A stretch of 64,000 bases of DNA from contig JBCCXZ010000015.1 of assembly GCA_039190745.1 (NCBI GenBank), positions 1-64,000 on the forward strand. The letters are read 5' to 3'. Position numbers and translations under genes: made by a program. The stretch is from Planctomycetota bacterium (GTDB lineage Bacteria > Planctomycetota > Planctomycetia > Pirellulales > Lacipirellulaceae). The notes beneath the pieces are model-generated. The model was not told where the DNA came from. It worked only from the letters and a program-made list of their open reading frames with translations, and made no database searches. Below are positions 38,983-52,413 of the stretch, one piece after another; within the stretch, counting starts at the first letter, position 1, and each line of letters starts with the position of its first letter.

Positions 38983-39954
38983 ATGGAAGCTCACCCCGCC
39001 CGCCGCTTCTGGTGCGCAGCCGCACTGCTAGCTTGGTTCGCAGCCGCACCGGTTCTAGCTAATGCAGCCGGCTACAAGACCCAGAACTTTGTGGTCAGTG
39101 CACCCACCCCCCAGCTTGCCAAAGAGATTGGCGACCAAGCCGAGCATTGCCGGAAACAGCTTGCCCTTGAATGGCTGGGAAAAGAACTACCCGCGTGGTC
39201 GCAACCCTGCCCGATCCAAGCCCAAGTCGCACCCAACCTTGGCGCCGGCGGGGCAACGAGCTTCGTGTTCGATCGGGGACAGGTGTTCGGTTGGCGGATG
39301 ACGATCCAGGGCTCGCGAGAGCGGATTCTCGATTCTGTGGTGCCGCATGAGGTCACCCACACGATCTTCGCGACTCATTTCCGCCAGCCACTGCCGCGGT
39401 GGGCCGACGAAGGGGCCTGCACTACGGTCGAGCATCACAGCGAGATCGCGAAACAGGACCGGATGCTGATTGAGTTCCTGCAAACGCGGCGTGGCATTCC
39501 GTTCAGCAACATGTTTGCCATGGAAGAGTACCCGCAAGACGTCCTGCCTCTCTACGCCCAAGGATACTCGCTTACGAAATTCCTACTCGACCAGGGCGGT
39601 AAGTCGGCTTACATCGCTTTTCTGGAAGACGGACTAGGGACTGGGGACTGGCTTGCAGCGGTGGAACGAGCCTATGGGTACTCCGATCTGTTGACCCTCC
39701 AGTCCACCTGGCTGAATTGGATCCAAGACGGGCAGCCGCCCGTGGCCGCGATTGCTTCGGTCAGTTCCGGGGGTGATCAAGCTGCCTCAGGATCGGGTGC
39801 CGTTACTCTGGCCGCGGCGTCCGCAGGAGGGGGCTGGCAGCGTCCCCGCCGGCTAAGTGGCGTACAGGTCGCCGCGTCTGAGGAATCCCAACCGCGGTTT
39901 GATGGCCCCAGCGTGTACGATGCGGCACGTAGGACAGGGTCCGTCCTCCGTTGA
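38983..39954 (+). CDS. Secreted gluzincin-like (peptidase MA-type) protein
   Basis: Signal peptide. VVPHEVTH...PRWADEG (HExxH...E), LYAQGYSLTKFL. Confidence 0.75.
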   Translation: MEAHPARRFWCAAALLAWFAAAPVLANAAGYKTQNFVVSAPTPQLAKEIGDQAEHCRKQLALEWLGKELPAWSQPCPIQAQVAPNLGAGGATSFVFDRGQVFGWRMTIQGSRERILDSVVPHEVTHTIFATHFRQPLPRWADEGACTTVEHHSEIAKQDRMLIEFLQTRRGIPFSNMFAMEEYPQDVLPLYAQGYSLTKFLLDQGGKSAYIAFLEDGLGTGDWLAAVERAYGYSDLLTLQSTWLNWIQDGQPPVAAIASVSSGGDQAASGSGAVTLAAASAGGGWQRPRRLSGVQVAASEESQPRFDGPSVYDAARRTGSVLR

Positions 39955-40057
39955 CAACAAGATCGTGGACGGATTGTTGCCGGTGTAGAGCTGTAGGCCT
40001 GTGCGGTTGGTCGTCTAGCAGACTACTAACAAGAACGGATCGCAGGTGCGACGGGCA

Positions 40058-40843
40058 ATGGGGCTATCCGCAGAAGCAATCGAAACCGAGCTGGCCGATC
40101 AGCGGCGGGCTCTATGCGGTCACCCGATCTATGCCGCGGTGACGACCGTTGAAGACCTGCGCCTGTTCATGGAGCACCACGTCTTTGCGGTTTGGGACTT
40201 CATGTCGCTGCTCAAATGGCTGCAGCACAAGGTGACGTGCGTTGAGGTGCCGTGGGTGCCGGCCGCAGACAACGAAGGCGCTCGTCTCGTGAATGAGATT
40301 GTCCTCGGTGAGGAATCGGACGAGCTGCTCAGCGGCGGGTACGCGAGCCACTTCGAGATGTACCGTGACGCAATGGCCGGGCTCGGAGCTTCCACTGCGG
40401 CGGTCGACGCGTTTGTCGGTCTGATTGGAGCTGGCGAAACGGTATCCTCCGCTCTCGATAGATCGGGTGCGCCGCCCGCAGCAAGGGAGTTTGTCCAGAG
40501 CACGTTTGCCGTGCTCGCAACCGAAGACGTGCGGGCGGTCGCCTCTGGGTTCGCTTACGGCAGAGAGGATATCCTCCCCAGCCTTTTCGAGCGTGTTTGC
40601 GCCGATTCAGATTTTGTGAAGGAGGACCCGTCCTCCAGGAAGTTCAGATACTATCTGGACCGTCACATCGAGTTAGACGGCGATACTCACGGCCCGATGG
40701 CGGCTCGATTGATAGAAGTGCTTTGCGGAGAAGATCCTGAGGCCTGGGGTGTCGTCGCCCGTGCCGCATCTGAGGCCCTGTCCGCCCGGCGATGGCTGTG
40801 GGACGGCATCTACCGAGCGTTGATTGAATCGAAGCCCGCCTAG
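40058..40843 (+). CDS. DUF3050 family (heme-oxygenase-like helical fold)
   Basis: FMEHHVFAVWDFMSLLK, PWVP, NEIVLGEESD, SHFEMY, GREDILP, YLDRHIELDGDTHGP. Confidence 0.88.
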   Translation: MGLSAEAIETELADQRRALCGHPIYAAVTTVEDLRLFMEHHVFAVWDFMSLLKWLQHKVTCVEVPWVPAADNEGARLVNEIVLGEESDELLSGGYASHFEMYRDAMAGLGASTAAVDAFVGLIGAGETVSSALDRSGAPPAAREFVQSTFAVLATEDVRAVASGFAYGREDILPSLFERVCADSDFVKEDPSSRKFRYYLDRHIELDGDTHGPMAARLIEVLCGEDPEAWGVVARAASEALSARRWLWDGIYRALIESKPA

Positions 40844-40956
40844 GCATTACGGCTGCCCGCCTGGAAGGGCATCCAATTGCCTCTTCTGGGCGGCCCAGAC
40901 ACAATACGGGATGACAAGCGTCCCCCCGCTCATGCCCAGAGAGTTGCAACGGACAG

Positions 40957-44664
<3,708 letters not shown>

Positions 44665-44734
44665 GTCGCCAATCGATGTGGGACTGCTGACGTTGTTGGC
44701 CGAAGACCTGTTCTCGTGACCTTTTGAGGCATGG

Positions 44735-45532
44735 ATGCTCGGCACTGTGCGACTGCTCTTCCGTTCGGTGCTCATCGTCTGCCTGACACTGGCATATCGC
44801 CTCGCGCTTGGGCTTGAGACCATCGTCCGTCGGGCTGATGAAGGCGCGCTGGCATCGCTCTGGGCGCAGCGTTGGTCCCGTGCATTCTTCACGCTGCTCC
44901 GGGTTGACTTCGAGGCCCGCGGCCCCTTCGTGGAAGGTGGTCTGTTCTACCCGGGGACTGACGACTCGAGTGTAGGCCGAATCTTTGTGATGAACCATCG
45001 CTCTGGTCTGGATATAGCGGTCGCACTGTACGTCGCTGAAGGCCGTCTCCTTAGCCGTAAAGACTTAGCATCGTGGCCCGTGATTGGCGGTATCGCCCGG
45101 CGGCTTGGGACAGTGTTTGTGGACCGCTCCTCGCGCCGCAGCGGCGCAACCGCCTTGCGGGAGATGCAGCGAGTACTCGAAAGCGGGCAGGGCATCACCG
45201 TGTTCCCAGAGGGGGCCGCCTTGGGAGAGAACGCCGTACGGCCCTTTCACCAAGGGGCCTTTAACGCCGCTCGCAGGGCAGGAGCCGAGATCGTGCCAAT
45301 TGGCGTTGCCTACAGCAATGAAGACGCCTTGTACCGGGCCGAGTCATTCGGCGCTCACATGGCCCGGGCGATCAGTCTCCCCGCGATGGCGATCCGGGTT
45401 GAGGTGGGCGAGCCCATACCTGAGCAAGGGAGGACGGCTGTCGAGTGGCGTGAAGAAACGCGAGGAGCTGTGCAACAACTCCTCGATAGTGCTCGGAGTC
45501 GGTTGGAAGAATCTTCGAATCGGGCTCCTTAA
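44735..45532 (+). CDS. Lysophospholipid acyltransferase (PlsC family)
   Basis: NHRSGLD, FVDRSS, VFPEG, PFHQGAF. Confidence 0.88.
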   Translation: MLGTVRLLFRSVLIVCLTLAYRLALGLETIVRRADEGALASLWAQRWSRAFFTLLRVDFEARGPFVEGGLFYPGTDDSSVGRIFVMNHRSGLDIAVALYVAEGRLLSRKDLASWPVIGGIARRLGTVFVDRSSRRSGATALREMQRVLESGQGITVFPEGAALGENAVRPFHQGAFNAARRAGAEIVPIGVAYSNEDALYRAESFGAHMARAISLPAMAIRVEVGEPIPEQGRTAVEWREETRGAVQQLLDSARSRLEESSNRAP

Positions 45533-45535
45533 GGC

Positions 45536-46489
45536 TCAGCCAAACCGGACGCCGAAGAAGTAGTCGGTCACGTGGTAGAACACTGGCGCCGAGAAACATA
45601 CTGCGTCGATCCGTCCGAGAACCCCCCCTTGGCCCGCGGCGATGTAACCGGCCGTGGCCTCGCGTCTCTCTCGTCGGATGGCCGACACTGTGAGCGCGCC
45701 GGCTGAACTCGTTACGCTGATCATGAGAGACATGAAGGCGGTTTGCCACCACCGTGGGAACGGTGTTGCCCAAGTGAGCGCGATGCCCAGGAGCGTTGTA
45801 CCGGCGGCTGCACTGAGAAGCCCCTCCCAAGTCCGGGAGCTATCAACAGCGTCGGAGATGCCGTGCTTGCCGAATGCTCTTCCGCAGACGAACTGCAGAA
45901 GTTCTGAGAAGAGCACCATCGAGACGAAGAAGACCAGCAAGCGGGCGTTCGTTTGTGTGCCCGTCATGTTCCGGCACTTCAAGAAGAGAAGAGCAGGGGC
46001 GAAGCTAAGGCAGTACACACAGACCAGCATCCCGAACTGGATCTTCGCCACGCGTTCCAAGAATCGGTGGTAGTCGCCGCTAAGGGCAACGCGAGCCGAT
46101 ACAAAAAGAAAGCCGCAGACGGGAATCAGGATGCTGTAGGTCGCGTAGCTGTCCGCGGCAACCAGGACAAATTGGAGCGGCGTGAACAGGAAAAAAACCC
46201 AGAAGAGTGCGCGGTGGTCACCGCCGCGGGTGGGGGTAAGTGTGATGAACTCCCGTAGCGCCCAAAATGAAACCAAGCCAAAGGCCAGCACAGTGAGGTT
46301 CGGGCTTAGGAAACTCAATGCAACAACGATACTGAAGAACCACCAACCGTTCACGCGGCGGTTGAAATCGCGGATGACGCGCTCGTCGAGCTGAACGGAC
46401 TCCTCTCGGGCGGCGAGCCACCGGCCCGCGACCGTAGCCGCGGACAACAGGCCGACAATGACACCGATAAGTCCCCAATCCTCGGCCAT
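45536..46489 (-). CDS. Phosphatidate cytidylyltransferase-like (CdsA/YnbB type)
   Basis: RVNGWW, SFWALREFITL, GRAFGKH, SRTWEG, GGVLGRIDAVCFSAP. The CdsA signature is partly degenerate. Confidence 0.8.
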   Translation of the reverse strand: MAEDWGLIGVIVGLLSAATVAGRWLAAREESVQLDERVIRDFNRRVNGWWFFSIVVALSFLSPNLTVLAFGLVSFWALREFITLTPTRGGDHRALFWVFFLFTPLQFVLVAADSYATYSILIPVCGFLFVSARVALSGDYHRFLERVAKIQFGMLVCVYCLSFAPALLFLKCRNMTGTQTNARLLVFFVSMVLFSELLQFVCGRAFGKHGISDAVDSSRTWEGLLSAAAGTTLLGIALTWATPFPRWWQTAFMSLMISVTSSAGALTVSAIRRERREATAGYIAAGQGGVLGRIDAVCFSAPVFYHVTDYFFGVRFG

Positions 46490-46491
46490 CG

Positions 46492-47094
46492 CTATACGTC
46501 CCTGAGGTCGAGAACGGCCTGGCGGGCGCGCCCAAGAAAATCGAGCTTTGCTTCACCAGCCTCAAGCCAAAGCGGGGGCCCGAAGGTAATCGAGGACAAC
46601 AGCGGAACGGGCAGCACTTCACCGCGGGGCAAGATGCGGTTCATGTTGTTGATGTAGACCGGGATGAGCTCAAGCTCCGGCTTCTTCTTGCTGAGGTAGT
46701 AGAGCCCGCTCTTGAACTCACCGACCTCGTTCCCCTGGCTCCGGCCGCCTTCGGGAAACAGAATCACGGAATACTCGTTGCCCATCTCTTGAATAATCTT
46801 GTCCACCGGGCTCTGGTGCACCTTGATCTTCTTGCGGTCGATCAGCATCGCATTGAACGTCGTCGCGAGGTGCGGCTTGAAGAATCCGTTCTCCCAATAA
46901 TCGCGGGCGGCGATCGGCCTCGTGAGCCTTCGGACCGGCGTCGGCAAAGAGGACCAGACGATCAGGGCGTCTAGGTGGCTGGTGTGGTTGGCAAAATAAA
47001 CCCGCTGGCATGTGTCGGGTTGCGACTCGACCCAGCTGACGCTCGCGCCGCTGATCAGCCGGGCGGTCCAGGTAAGCAGGGTTTCTGTAAGCAT
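46492..47094 (-). CDS. Acyltransferase (PlsC family)
   Basis: FANHTSHLD, AARDYW, LFPEGGRS, FKSGLY. Confidence 0.9.
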   Translation of the reverse strand: MLTETLLTWTARLISGASVSWVESQPDTCQRVYFANHTSHLDALIVWSSLPTPVRRLTRPIAARDYWENGFFKPHLATTFNAMLIDRKKIKVHQSPVDKIIQEMGNEYSVILFPEGGRSQGNEVGEFKSGLYYLSKKKPELELIPVYINNMNRILPRGEVLPVPLLSSITFGPPLWLEAGEAKLDFLGRARQAVLDLRDV

Positions 47095-47283
47095 CCGGTC
47101 GCCAATGCGTGACGTGGTCGCACGTTCGGCCAGAGCGACCGGGCGTCCGTCAGTGTCTCGTGGTCTCGACCGCCGCCGGTCGGGGGCTCGTTCCCCGCCA
47201 AAAACCCATCATACTAGCCCGCCTGCTGGCAGTCCGAAAGTGGCCGGGCTGGGACGCGACCGCCCGCCATTTCCCCGTAGGCC

Positions 47284-48459
47284 TTACGAAGCCGGGAACC
47301 CGCTCAACTCAACGCCGATCGCTGCTTTCGGACGGCCCTTCCTGCTCGCCAGACCGCACAGGAGGTCTTCGTATCCTCGGATCATCGCGGCAAGCGAAGC
47401 CCTCGATTCGACCGATTCACGACCGGCCCGGCCAAAGCGAGCCCGCAAGTCGGGCTCTTGCAAAAGGCGGAGGACACTCGCCGAGAAGGCATCGATGTCT
47501 CCAGGCTCGAAAAGGAAGCCAGAAGATTCGTGCGTGACGGATTCGGAAACCGAACCAACATCCGATGCCACGACCGGAACACCGCTGGCCATGGCTTCGA
47601 GGATCGACACCGGGCTCGCCTCGTTATGAGAGGTCAGGGCGAAGACATCCACGGCGGAAAGCAGCTGGGCAATGTCCGGGCGTGACCCGGTGAACAATAC
47701 GTTCTCGGCGATGCCTAGTTCTGCTGCGAGGCCCTCAAGCGGCTCACGCATCGGTCCGTCGCCGACAATGAGAAAGCGGCTGTTGGGACGCTCCGCAATG
47801 ATTCTGGCCGCCCCCTTGAGGAGCAGCTCGTGATTCTTCTCGGGTCTCAAAGCGGCGATAATGCCCACCACGTTTGCGTCGCGTGGAATCCCCAGCTCCC
47901 GACGTACTTCGTCTCCGTTCTGAGGAGAGAACCGGTCTGTGTCTACTCCGTTGTAGATCGTGTGCACGCGGTCGGCCGGGAAACCTTCCCCGGCGACCAA
48001 GTGTCGGGCGTGGGCGTCGGCTACCCCGATAAACGCATCGGTGATTGGCGTGAGAAACCGATTGAGCTTCCCGACCGAGTCAGGCCAGCCTGTGCTGTGC
48101 AGAGCCGATGCAATAACTTGGACCCCTGCCAACTTGGCCGCCAAGCGTCCCCAAAACATCTTGTCACCTGCTCCGACCGTGACGATTGCGTCGACTCGTT
48201 GCTGGCGAAACAGTCGGTAGAGCCGCAACAGGACGCCGAAGTCATACTTCGCGTGGATCATCCGGCTGTGGACTGGAATCTCGGCCGCCAGTTCGTCCCC
48301 CAGTGGGCCGGGTTCCTTGAGACAGCAGATCTCTGGGAGAATCCTCTCCCGATTGAAGCCGCGCACAAGATTCGCCAGAAGGACTTCGGCTCCTCCAACA
48401 GGCATGCTGGTTGTTAGGAAGATGGTCCGCAAGGGTTGCTGGATGGTGTGGCTGCGCAT
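47284..48459 (-). CDS. GT4 glycosyltransferase
   Basis: GGAE, IYNGVD, LRPEKNH, VGDGP, EASPVSILEAMASGVPVVASDVG. Confidence 0.93.
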   Translation of the reverse strand: MRSHTIQQPLRTIFLTTSMPVGGAEVLLANLVRGFNRERILPEICCLKEPGPLGDELAAEIPVHSRMIHAKYDFGVLLRLYRLFRQQRVDAIVTVGAGDKMFWGRLAAKLAGVQVIASALHSTGWPDSVGKLNRFLTPITDAFIGVADAHARHLVAGEGFPADRVHTIYNGVDTDRFSPQNGDEVRRELGIPRDANVVGIIAALRPEKNHELLLKGAARIIAERPNSRFLIVGDGPMREPLEGLAAELGIAENVLFTGSRPDIAQLLSAVDVFALTSHNEASPVSILEAMASGVPVVASDVGSVSESVTHESSGFLFEPGDIDAFSASVLRLLQEPDLRARFGRAGRESVESRASLAAMIRGYEDLLCGLASRKGRPKAAIGVELSGFPAS

Positions 48460-48485
48460 GGTGATTGATCCGCGATCGGTTTTTT

Positions 48486-50042
48486 CTAGGTGTGGAGGCC
48501 GGCAGGCTCAGCAGCGATCGTGTGCCGTCTTAGTCGGGCTCGAACCCTGCTCGCCGCTTGCCCGACAACGCGATGAATCGTTAGGCGCTCGTAGCGGTCG
48601 AAGAGCGTCCCAGGAATGATCGCAGCCGCGGTGAGCACAACCGCGGCAATAAGCAGCCCGTTTGCTCCAAAGGCGACGAATGCAGGTAGCGAGCACGCAA
48701 GCAACAGCCCGCGGTCTAAGGTGAACCCATGCTTTGCGCTAAGCAGCAGAAGAGCTGCGACGCAAACTCCGGTCGACACGGCCGTTGCGATTACGGCACC
48801 CTGCAAGCCGAGCACAGGTACCAGGACGAGGTTCAGAGAGATGTTCAGGATTAGTCCGCCGGCGAGCGGCGTCGCCGCGAGCTTAGTACGTTCTGCACAA
48901 AAAAGGTACGACTCCAGTAACGTGAAGAGCCCGTACCACAGACACGCCGAAAGCGTCCACGGCAGGACCGCTAAACCGGCGGAGTACTTCCCGCCGAGAA
49001 TCTGGTTAAACAACACTGGGGCAAACGCGATCACAGCGGCAGCGAACGCGATCATACCGATAGCCGTCACCTTAACGGCAAGTTTCAGGCTCCGCGAAAC
49101 CGACGAGCGACGGCCCATCTCCCAGTCGTGAGCGAAGTGGGGGATCATCGTACCGCCCAGCAGGTCGCAGAACGAAATCATGAGCAGCGGGATGATCCGA
49201 CTACTGTGGTAGTGGCCGATCTGCTCCAACGCCACTTCGGGCTCCATGCCCGACCAGTGGAGCAGCATGTAACGGTCAACGACGCCAAAGAGATGGGCTA
49301 GGACATTCATCAGCCACACAAAGAACGCAAAGCGAAAGAGCCGAGACCAGAATGCTGTTGTTGGCAGGTGATCAGTCGCTTTGGGCGTCTGAGCAAGGCC
49401 GGGCCAGACGTAGCACAGTGCGCACACCGAGGCGGCGACGCAGCCGATTCCGTAAGCAGCGAGTACGCTGCTGGCCGCCGGAACTGCCAGCAGTAGCCCA
49501 AGCCCCACAGCCGCGAACATGCCGCTTTGAATAAAGTTCATCACCGAGACCACACGGAATAGTCTCAATGCGGCGAGCAGCGAGGTGAGCGTGTGGTGGA
49601 AGATGAGTGCCGCCAAGACGGCCGCCAGGCCGACAACCATCATCGCCTGATCGGGGGTCCCGAACAGCATGCGAGAGAACGGTTTGGCGGCAAGACTGAT
49701 GGCGACGACGACCGTGACGGTACATCCAACGGTCCACAGAAAAGTCCTGGACAAGAACGTCCGCAGGTGGCCCCGTTTCCGGTAGTACTCGAGGTAGCGG
49801 CCATAAGACCCAGGGATTCCAAGCACCGCCAGCGGCGCTGCGAGCATCAGAAAGCTAAACACCATCTCCCACTCACCGAGTGCTTCCGGCGTCATCCACC
49901 GGCAGAAGAGGACGCCTCGACCCAGCCCAATCGTCCTTTGAACGACTGTAAATCCGAGCAGCAGGATCACGCTCGACGTGAGGGTGTCGGTGCGCAGCCT
50001 GTCGTGCTTCGGATTCGCGTCGTGATCGTTGGGGGCCGTCAT
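48486..50042 (-). CDS. Wzx-type polysaccharide flippase / oligosaccharide translocase
   Basis: About 12-14 TM segments, RWMTPEALGEW, ILNISLNLVLVPVLGLQGAVIATA. Confidence 0.82.
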   Translation of the reverse strand: MTAPNDHDANPKHDRLRTDTLTSSVILLLGFTVVQRTIGLGRGVLFCRWMTPEALGEWEMVFSFLMLAAPLAVLGIPGSYGRYLEYYRKRGHLRTFLSRTFLWTVGCTVTVVVAISLAAKPFSRMLFGTPDQAMMVVGLAAVLAALIFHHTLTSLLAALRLFRVVSVMNFIQSGMFAAVGLGLLLAVPAASSVLAAYGIGCVAASVCALCYVWPGLAQTPKATDHLPTTAFWSRLFRFAFFVWLMNVLAHLFGVVDRYMLLHWSGMEPEVALEQIGHYHSSRIIPLLMISFCDLLGGTMIPHFAHDWEMGRRSSVSRSLKLAVKVTAIGMIAFAAAVIAFAPVLFNQILGGKYSAGLAVLPWTLSACLWYGLFTLLESYLFCAERTKLAATPLAGGLILNISLNLVLVPVLGLQGAVIATAVSTGVCVAALLLLSAKHGFTLDRGLLLACSLPAFVAFGANGLLIAAVVLTAAAIIPGTLFDRYERLTIHRVVGQAASRVRARLRRHTIAAEPAGLHT

Positions 50043-50086
50043 GCTTGCTCGGGTGCGTGTCGTGTCTGATCTAATGAAACTGGCGT

Positions 50087-50929
50087 CTAGCGGTCAATCG
50101 GATCGAAGGGGTCCGGCCTTTGGAGCTTTCGCGGATCGACGGTGAGCCAGTTCCTGAACCGCCCCCACTCGGGGTCGCCGTGGATGCGTCGGATGTGGAA
50201 GCTGTCGGAGCGCGGCATGTTGTAAGCGCCGTAGGCGGAGCAAACCCCTCTAAGGCCGGCTTGCCTGGCGATCTCAAAGCCTGCCGGGGTCATGTTCTCC
50301 GGCAACCCAAACGGAAACGCGAAGTAGCGCACCTGTTGGCCGATCAGGTCTTCCAGGTCTTGCTTCGAGCCGACAATCTCGTCACGCAATGCACCTGGGT
50401 GCATCTCGGAGCCCAGGTCGGCGTGGGTCCGGGTATGGCAACCGAGTTCGACGCCGCTCGCGACGAGCTCACGTATTTGATCGGGGGTGTTCGGATGCAG
50501 CGGGACGCCTGCAAGCTCGTCGTGCGGGAAGGGCCGTCCCGACGCTGTGTTCCCGGTGGTCACGAAGTACGTCAACGGCACCCCCTCCTGGATTAACCAG
50601 GGAAGAGCAGCGTCGCAGTTGTCCGCGTAACCGTCATCGAAAGTAATCGCAACGAGGGGCTCTTGGCTGCTGCCTGAAGCGACGACCCGCTGTACTTCTT
50701 GCAGTGATACGATCTTGAACCGTTCACGAACCCATTCAATCTGCTGCTTGAACTGCCTGACACCAATGGTCCAAGCATTGGGGTGGTCGTCGGCCACCCT
50801 GTGGTAGAACAGCACCGTGCACGGCGCTTGACCGTCTTGGAGCCATCGGTTCTCGTTCTGCCGACGCTTCGGGAGCGTGGCGTAGTAGTACAGGCCCAGC
50901 GCTTGGCTTCTGCAGAGGTTGCTCAGCAT
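50087..50929 (-). CDS. Polysaccharide deacetylase (CE4/NodB)
   Basis: LFYHRV, ITFDDGYAD, GCHTRTHADL, FAFPFG. Confidence 0.92.
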   Translation of the reverse strand: MLSNLCRSQALGLYYYATLPKRRQNENRWLQDGQAPCTVLFYHRVADDHPNAWTIGVRQFKQQIEWVRERFKIVSLQEVQRVVASGSSQEPLVAITFDDGYADNCDAALPWLIQEGVPLTYFVTTGNTASGRPFPHDELAGVPLHPNTPDQIRELVASGVELGCHTRTHADLGSEMHPGALRDEIVGSKQDLEDLIGQQVRYFAFPFGLPENMTPAGFEIARQAGLRGVCSAYGAYNMPRSDSFHIRRIHGDPEWGRFRNWLTVDPRKLQRPDPFDPIDR

Positions 50930-52086
50930 GCTGGGGAACCTCCAGTTGCGGCCGTGCCGTGAACGGGCCTGTCGGCAGGGGCTTTGGAAGACGCACCACT
51001 GAGCCAACGCTTAGTGCTCCGCAGCGAGGTCCAGGCACGGTACCGGAGGATGGCCGAGGAACGGGGCGGCACGATCTCGATGTTGTTCGTTGCCCTCGGA
51101 GCTGCTCTCCAATGCGGTTTGTAGGATTCATCTCCCCGGAGGAGGTCGAACGTCGTATGGCCTTCAGTGATGGCGTGCATGATCGCCACCATCAATGAAA
51201 GCTGGCCGGGGCCTTTAGATTCAGCCGCGGGTTCGAGGCCTCCTTGGTAGGCGTAGGTTGTCGCCCCGTCGCCGAAGTGGTACTCGGCTGCGACGGGGCG
51301 GCCATCCAGGACAGTCGTCGAGAGACGCAGCTTGCCGCTTTGCAGTAGCCGCTTCGAGATGTCGGCATGGAACGCGGCGTAGCGCGGCGAGGCGAAGCAG
51401 CCTGGTTCACCGAGGCTCTGCCGTCGCCTCTGGTGAAGGTCGACCATCACCGGCCATACCTCATCGTATGCGGTGGAGTTGTCGACCAGTTCCCAATGTG
51501 CGTCTTCGGCTGCCGCGAAGCTACGTTCGCTACGCCTGAGTTGTTTGCGGTGCGACTTGGACTGCATGGCCAGAAACTGCTCCCAAGTCTCTGGCAGATC
51601 GATAGCCCAGGTGTTTGGGCCGCCGCTGACCGCAACTCGGCACCCGGCCTTCGCTAGAGCATTCGATAGCTCCTGCGTAGCAGAATCCTCCGCCGATACG
51701 GCTCGAAAGTCCGCAACGTCCCACTCGGCGCCGTGCTCAAGTAGTGCCTCGGCGATCGCCCGCGATGCCGCGCAGCGCTCCTCACCTGCAGCGAGTAGCC
51801 CCAGATGATCGCTACAGACTTCACCGTCCCCCATGAGGCGTAGCACACGCCCACGGGCAGTCGAGTGCTCTACGTAAGCGGGCAGAACCGCGGCGAGGCT
51901 GTCTTCCTCTTCTTCTTGGTATGCCAGAACGATCAGAGCCGTGCATTCGGGCGATGGTTGCACGTAATGGTTCCACCAGGCTTCTAACCAGTCCCAACTG
52001 CGGAAGGTGCAGCAGCCCGCCAGCCTATCCCAAGGCTCTCTGAAAGGGGCTGCGCGATCCAGATTATCGGTGGTGACGATTCGCAT
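50923..52086 (-). CDS. GNAT-family N-acyltransferase, CelD/BcsL (FemAB-like) type
   Basis: FRSWDWLEAWW, SDHLGLL, IDLPETWEQFL..QSKSHRKQLRR, YQGG, FDLLRGDESYK.W. Confidence 0.88.
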   Translation of the reverse strand: MRIVTTDNLDRAAPFREPWDRLAGCCTFRSWDWLEAWWNHYVQPSPECTALIVLAYQEEEEDSLAAVLPAYVEHSTARGRVLRLMGDGEVCSDHLGLLAAGEERCAASRAIAEALLEHGAEWDVADFRAVSAEDSATQELSNALAKAGCRVAVSGGPNTWAIDLPETWEQFLAMQSKSHRKQLRRSERSFAAAEDAHWELVDNSTAYDEVWPVMVDLHQRRRQSLGEPGCFASPRYAAFHADISKRLLQSGKLRLSTTVLDGRPVAAEYHFGDGATTYAYQGGLEPAAESKGPGQLSLMVAIMHAITEGHTTFDLLRGDESYKPHWRAAPRATNNIEIVPPRSSAILRYRAWTSLRSTKRWLSGASSKAPADRPVHGTAATGGSPAC

Positions 52087-52349
52087 GTAGTTAATGCAAG
52101 ACAGTGGCTGTTGTCGGGAACGTTACGAATCGATTAGCGGCATCCATGGCGAGTCGAGCCAAAACATACCTCACCGGGCCCGTCGACTTCGGTTTCAAGG
52201 CTTCTTCTTGTCGCCCACAGCATCCGGCCCATCCCAGCTGCTGGATGATGCCTATCCGCAACGCTCGGCGTGTTCTTTGTGCAACAGTTCGAGACCGCAC
52301 CGGGCGATTGCCGCCCTAGTAGTGAGCTAACCTGCAGTAGCGCACTGCA

Positions 52350-52377
52350 CGGCGCCAATCGTGCACAGTCCGTGCCG
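52350..52377. promoter_or_regulatory. Two overlapping sigma54 -24/-12 candidates, one per strand
   Basis: Plus strand CGGCGCCAATCGTGCA (52350-52365). Minus strand CGGCACGGACTGTGCA (52377-52362). Both are GG-N10-GC and share the palindromic GTGCAC. Confidence 0.4.
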
Positions 52378-52413
52378 TACTGAACTTTCCTTGGCATTCG
52401 GGGCCCTGCAAGC

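Noticed and set aside
40844..40956. Possible SAM/SAH/cobalamin riboswitch before metH
   Set aside because: Only a short GAGTTGCAAC resemblance is present. The conserved cores and pairings of these riboswitches are not visible, and the spacer is too short for a cobalamin switch. An Rfam scan would settle it.
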